This document shows positions 8,695 to 11,292 of a stretch of 11,292 nucleotides of DNA, piece by piece; position 1 is the stretch's first letter; every line of letters begins with the position of its first letter. Source of the stretch: Myxococcota bacterium (lineage in GTDB: Bacteria > Myxococcota > JACRCW01); assembly GCA_040752415.1 (NCBI GenBank), contig JBFMGU010000318.1, positions 1-11,292 of the forward strand, written 5' to 3'. Under the pieces are notes generated by a model. It made no database searches, was not told the DNA's origin, and was given only the letters and a program-made list of their open reading frames with translations. Made by a program: the position numbers and the translations under genes.

Positions 8695-8754
8695 CCCAGG
8701 TTGATCAAGGGCCTTCGGCTGTGGCTCGCAGACAGGCCAGCGGCCGGGGCCTGC

Positions 8755-9522
8755 TCAGGGCTTGCCCGCCGGACCGTGACCCGTGCTCGCCACCTCACCG
8801 AGGTTCAGCGTCAGCGGTCGCGCCGGGGGCGCGGGCGCCACGCTGCCCTGTCCATGGAGCCAGGTGTCATACGCGCGCCGCGTGTCCGGTCGCGAGAGCG
8901 TCTGGAATGCCGCGTTGACGCGCTTGCAGATGATGCCCGCCTGTTCCTGCAGTCCCACGTCGCCGGTGGCGGTGAGGCGGTCGGGGTGGAAGTCGGCCAG
9001 GCGCTGCCGGTAGCCCATCATGATGTCCGGCATGCCCGCGTTCCGCGCCACGCCCAGGATGGCGTAGTTGTCCAGCGCGGCAATCTGCCGGAAGAGCGCA
9101 TCCACCTTGTGGCGCAGCTCGGCGTAGGGGTCGGGCCCGGTGGTGGCAACGGGAACGCCCTTGGGCGGGGTGTGGTCCGGGTGGTCCACCAGCTCCTGGA
9201 TGGCGTCCAGCAGCTTGACGCGGTCAAACGGCGCGCACACCACCGACTGCACCAGCGCGTAGCGGGTGCCGCCCTCCTCGTCGGAAGTGCGACGGGAGAG
9301 CAGCAGCACCGGCACCGGCAGGCCCTGGAAGAAGACCCGGCCCACCGCCACGGCGAACGCGGTGGTCATCACCATCAGGTCCGGGATCACCTGCTTGATG
9401 GAGCGGGAGGCGGCGTCGGCCCCGTCGACAAGCGTGATGGCGCAGTGCGCGCTGGGCAGCACCGAGAGCAGCAACGACCGCTCGAAATGGCTGTCGCTGA
9501 CCGCCAGCACGCGCACGGCCAT
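8755..9522 (-). CDS. Pseudo-receiver domain fused to a C-terminal J domain (255 aa)
   Basis: CheY-like pattern RVLAVSDS/PDLMVMT/PVPVLLLS/CAPFD. J domain NYAILGV...YRQRLADFHPDR...VNAAFQTLS..RRAYD, with HPD at 8980-8988. GGAGGT RBS at 9532-9537 lies inside the hsp70 3' end. Confidence 0.88.
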   Translation of the reverse strand: MAVRVLAVSDSHFERSLLLSVLPSAHCAITLVDGADAASRSIKQVIPDLMVMTTAFAVAVGRVFFQGLPVPVLLLSRRTSDEEGGTRYALVQSVVCAPFDRVKLLDAIQELVDHPDHTPPKGVPVATTGPDPYAELRHKVDALFRQIAALDNYAILGVARNAGMPDIMMGYRQRLADFHPDRLTATGDVGLQEQAGIICKRVNAAFQTLSRPDTRRAYDTWLHGQGSVAPAPPARPLTLNLGEVASTGHGPAGKP

Positions 9523-9525
9523 GGT

Positions 9526-11064
9526 TCAGCCACCTCCCACGCCCAACTGGCTGGCCAGGCGGAAGCGCACGGCGTCCATCTTGCCGCTGCCCACCTGGCG
9601 CGCCGTCACGTTGAGTCGTCCTCCCACGTCGACCTCGAAGGTGACCTCCACGCCCACCGTGCCCGCCGGCCCCAGCGGCAGGTCCTTGATGCGCAGCTCC
9701 CCGACGAAGCGGTTGTTGCGCACGTCCGGCGCCTCACCCTGGTAGACGCGCACGCGGATCTCGGTCTGCCCGTCGCGGTGGGTGTGGATGGTGCGCACCT
9801 CCTCGATGGGGAGCGGCGTGTTCTTGGTGATGACCGGCTCGAACTTGAAGCCCGCCACCTCCACGCCCACGGTGTGCGGGCAGACGTCCACCAGCAGCGG
9901 CATGTTGGGGTTGGTGAGCGCGCTGACGTCGGCGGCCATGGCCTGGATGGCGGCACCCTCGGCCACCGCGGTCATGGGGTTCATGCGCGTGTCCGGCGTG
10001 CGACCAAAGAACTCCGCCACCCGCTTGCGCACGATGGGCATGAGCGTGGTGCCGCCCACCATGACCACGCTGCTGAGGTCCTTGGGCTGCAGGCCGGCGG
10101 AAGCCAGCGCGTCGCGACACACGTCCAGGCTGCGCTGCAGCAGCTCCGCGCCGGCCTCCTCCAGGATCTGGCGGGTCACGGTGATGTCCAGGTCCACGCG
10201 ACCGCTGGCGCGGTAGGCCACGCCGGGGAGCTGGATCTGGGTGCTCTCCTTCTCGCTCAGCTCGCGCTTGGCGCGCTCACAGGCGAACACCAGGCGCTGC
10301 CACTCCGCCACCTGCGTGCTGGAGATCTCAACCTTGGTCTGGTGCCAGAACAGGTTGGCCACGGCCTTGGCCAGCGCCTGATCGAAGTCGTCGCCGCCGA
10401 GGTACTGGTCCCCGGCGGTGGCGAGCACGCGGAAGAAGCTCTGCTGGATCTCCAGCACCGTGAAGTCAAAGGTGCCGCCGCCGAAGTCATAGACGGCCAC
10501 GCGCCCGCTGCCGTGCTTGCCGTAGCCAAAGGCCAGCGCGGCGGCGGTGGGCTCGTTGATGATGCGACGCACGTAGATGCCGGCGTTGCGGCAGGCCACC
10601 TCCGTGCTCTCGCGCTGGATCTCGTCGAAGCTGGCGGGGACGCAGATCACCGCCTCGTCGGCGCGCTGCTGCAGCTCTGCTTCCGCCACGGCCTTGAGGT
10701 GGACCAGCACGTCGGTGGCCACCTGGTGCACGGGGATGGAGACGCCGCAGACGCTGATGAGGCATTCCCCGTTGGGGCCTTCCAGTACCCGGTAGGGCAC
10801 GGAGGCGGAGGCCAGGCGCGCCTCGGCGGAGTCAAAGCGGCGGCCCAGGAGCCGCTTGAAGGAGTAGACGGTGTTCTCGGGGTCGGTGATGAGCCGTTCT
10901 TGCGCCGGGTAGCCCACCATGGGCGGGACCCCCAGCTTGTAGTTCACAATGGACGGCAACGTGGAGCGACCGGCCGCGTCCATGAGGATGCGCACCTTGT
11001 CACCGACGCCGGTGGTCACGCAGGAATAGCTGGTGCCGAGATCGATACCCAGGACTGGCTGCAT
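9526..11064 (-). CDS. Hsp70/DnaK-family paralogue lacking the alpha-helical lid (512 aa)
   Basis: GIDLGTSYS, FKRLLGR, INEPTAAALAFG, YDFGGGTFD, GDQYLGGDDFD, CERAKRELS, VGGTT, AVAEGAA, linker LLVDV, then the beta substrate-binding domain (VYQGE...VEVTFEVDVGGRLNVTA) and a stop. Confidence 0.95.
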   Translation of the reverse strand: MQPVLGIDLGTSYSCVTTGVGDKVRILMDAAGRSTLPSIVNYKLGVPPMVGYPAQERLITDPENTVYSFKRLLGRRFDSAEARLASASVPYRVLEGPNGECLISVCGVSIPVHQVATDVLVHLKAVAEAELQQRADEAVICVPASFDEIQRESTEVACRNAGIYVRRIINEPTAAALAFGYGKHGSGRVAVYDFGGGTFDFTVLEIQQSFFRVLATAGDQYLGGDDFDQALAKAVANLFWHQTKVEISSTQVAEWQRLVFACERAKRELSEKESTQIQLPGVAYRASGRVDLDITVTRQILEEAGAELLQRSLDVCRDALASAGLQPKDLSSVVMVGGTTLMPIVRKRVAEFFGRTPDTRMNPMTAVAEGAAIQAMAADVSALTNPNMPLLVDVCPHTVGVEVAGFKFEPVITKNTPLPIEEVRTIHTHRDGQTEIRVRVYQGEAPDVRNNRFVGELRIKDLPLGPAGTVGVEVTFEVDVGGRLNVTARQVGSGKMDAVRFRLASQLGVGGG

Positions 11065-11258
11065 GCGACGGAGTCTTCCGCCCCCGGATGGAGGGCAACA
11101 GGCCGCACCTTAGCACGGCGTGCGGCGGGACCTGCCAGAAACAACGCGGGTGAGGTCGTCTTGGGAGAGAACGGTGCACAATCACGCGTCCCCGGGGCCA
11201 TTTCCGTCCCCCAGGCGGGCCGCCCACGTCGAGCCCCGCGCGCAAGCGGTCAGGTTTT

Positions 11259-11291
11259 CCCCCTCCCCCTCCCCATCCCCCTCCCCATCCC
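11259..11291 (-). repeat. Low-complexity G-tract repeat (potential G-quadruplex), may continue past the window end
   Basis: + strand CCCCC-T-CCCCC-T-CCCC-AT-CCCCC-T-CCCC-AT-CCC, i.e. six G-runs of 3-5 nt with 1-2 nt loops on the minus strand. Confidence 0.55.
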
Positions 11292-11292
11292 G

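Noticed and set aside
9526..11064. Calling the Hsp70 dnaK or a pseudogene
   Set aside because: No lid or grpE/dnaJ context for housekeeping dnaK; intact motifs and an RBS-coupled downstream gene argue against decay.
11107..11140. Possible hsp70 promoter (TGCTAAGGT extended -10; TGGCAG)
   Set aside because: No properly spaced -35, the GG-N10-GC spacing fails, and no CIRCE or sigma32 motif was seen.

Overview
High-GC bacterial DNA; tandem PilZ, a Hanks-type kinase with HRDVSPQN/GKxxY, a lidless Hsp70 paralogue and a sigma54 promoter suggest Myxococcota (inference). Gene order: 5'-truncated tandem-PilZ protein (+), membrane Ser/Thr kinase (+), small Cys-rich putative exported protein (-), a 293-bp highly palindromic MITE-like element flanked by a TTA duplication at a TAA stop codon, FabG-like SDR (-), small Cys-rich protein behind a sigma54 promoter (+), a carbohydrate ABC importer with the binding lipoprotein fused to the MalF-type permease plus a MalG-type permease (-), coiled-coil/GAF protein (+), and an operon of a lidless Hsp70 with a pseudo-receiver/J-domain protein (-). 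The strongest signals are the MITE-like element, the Hsp70 + pseudo-receiver-J module and the binding protein-permease fusion. Family assignments come from motif reading only; no searches were run.
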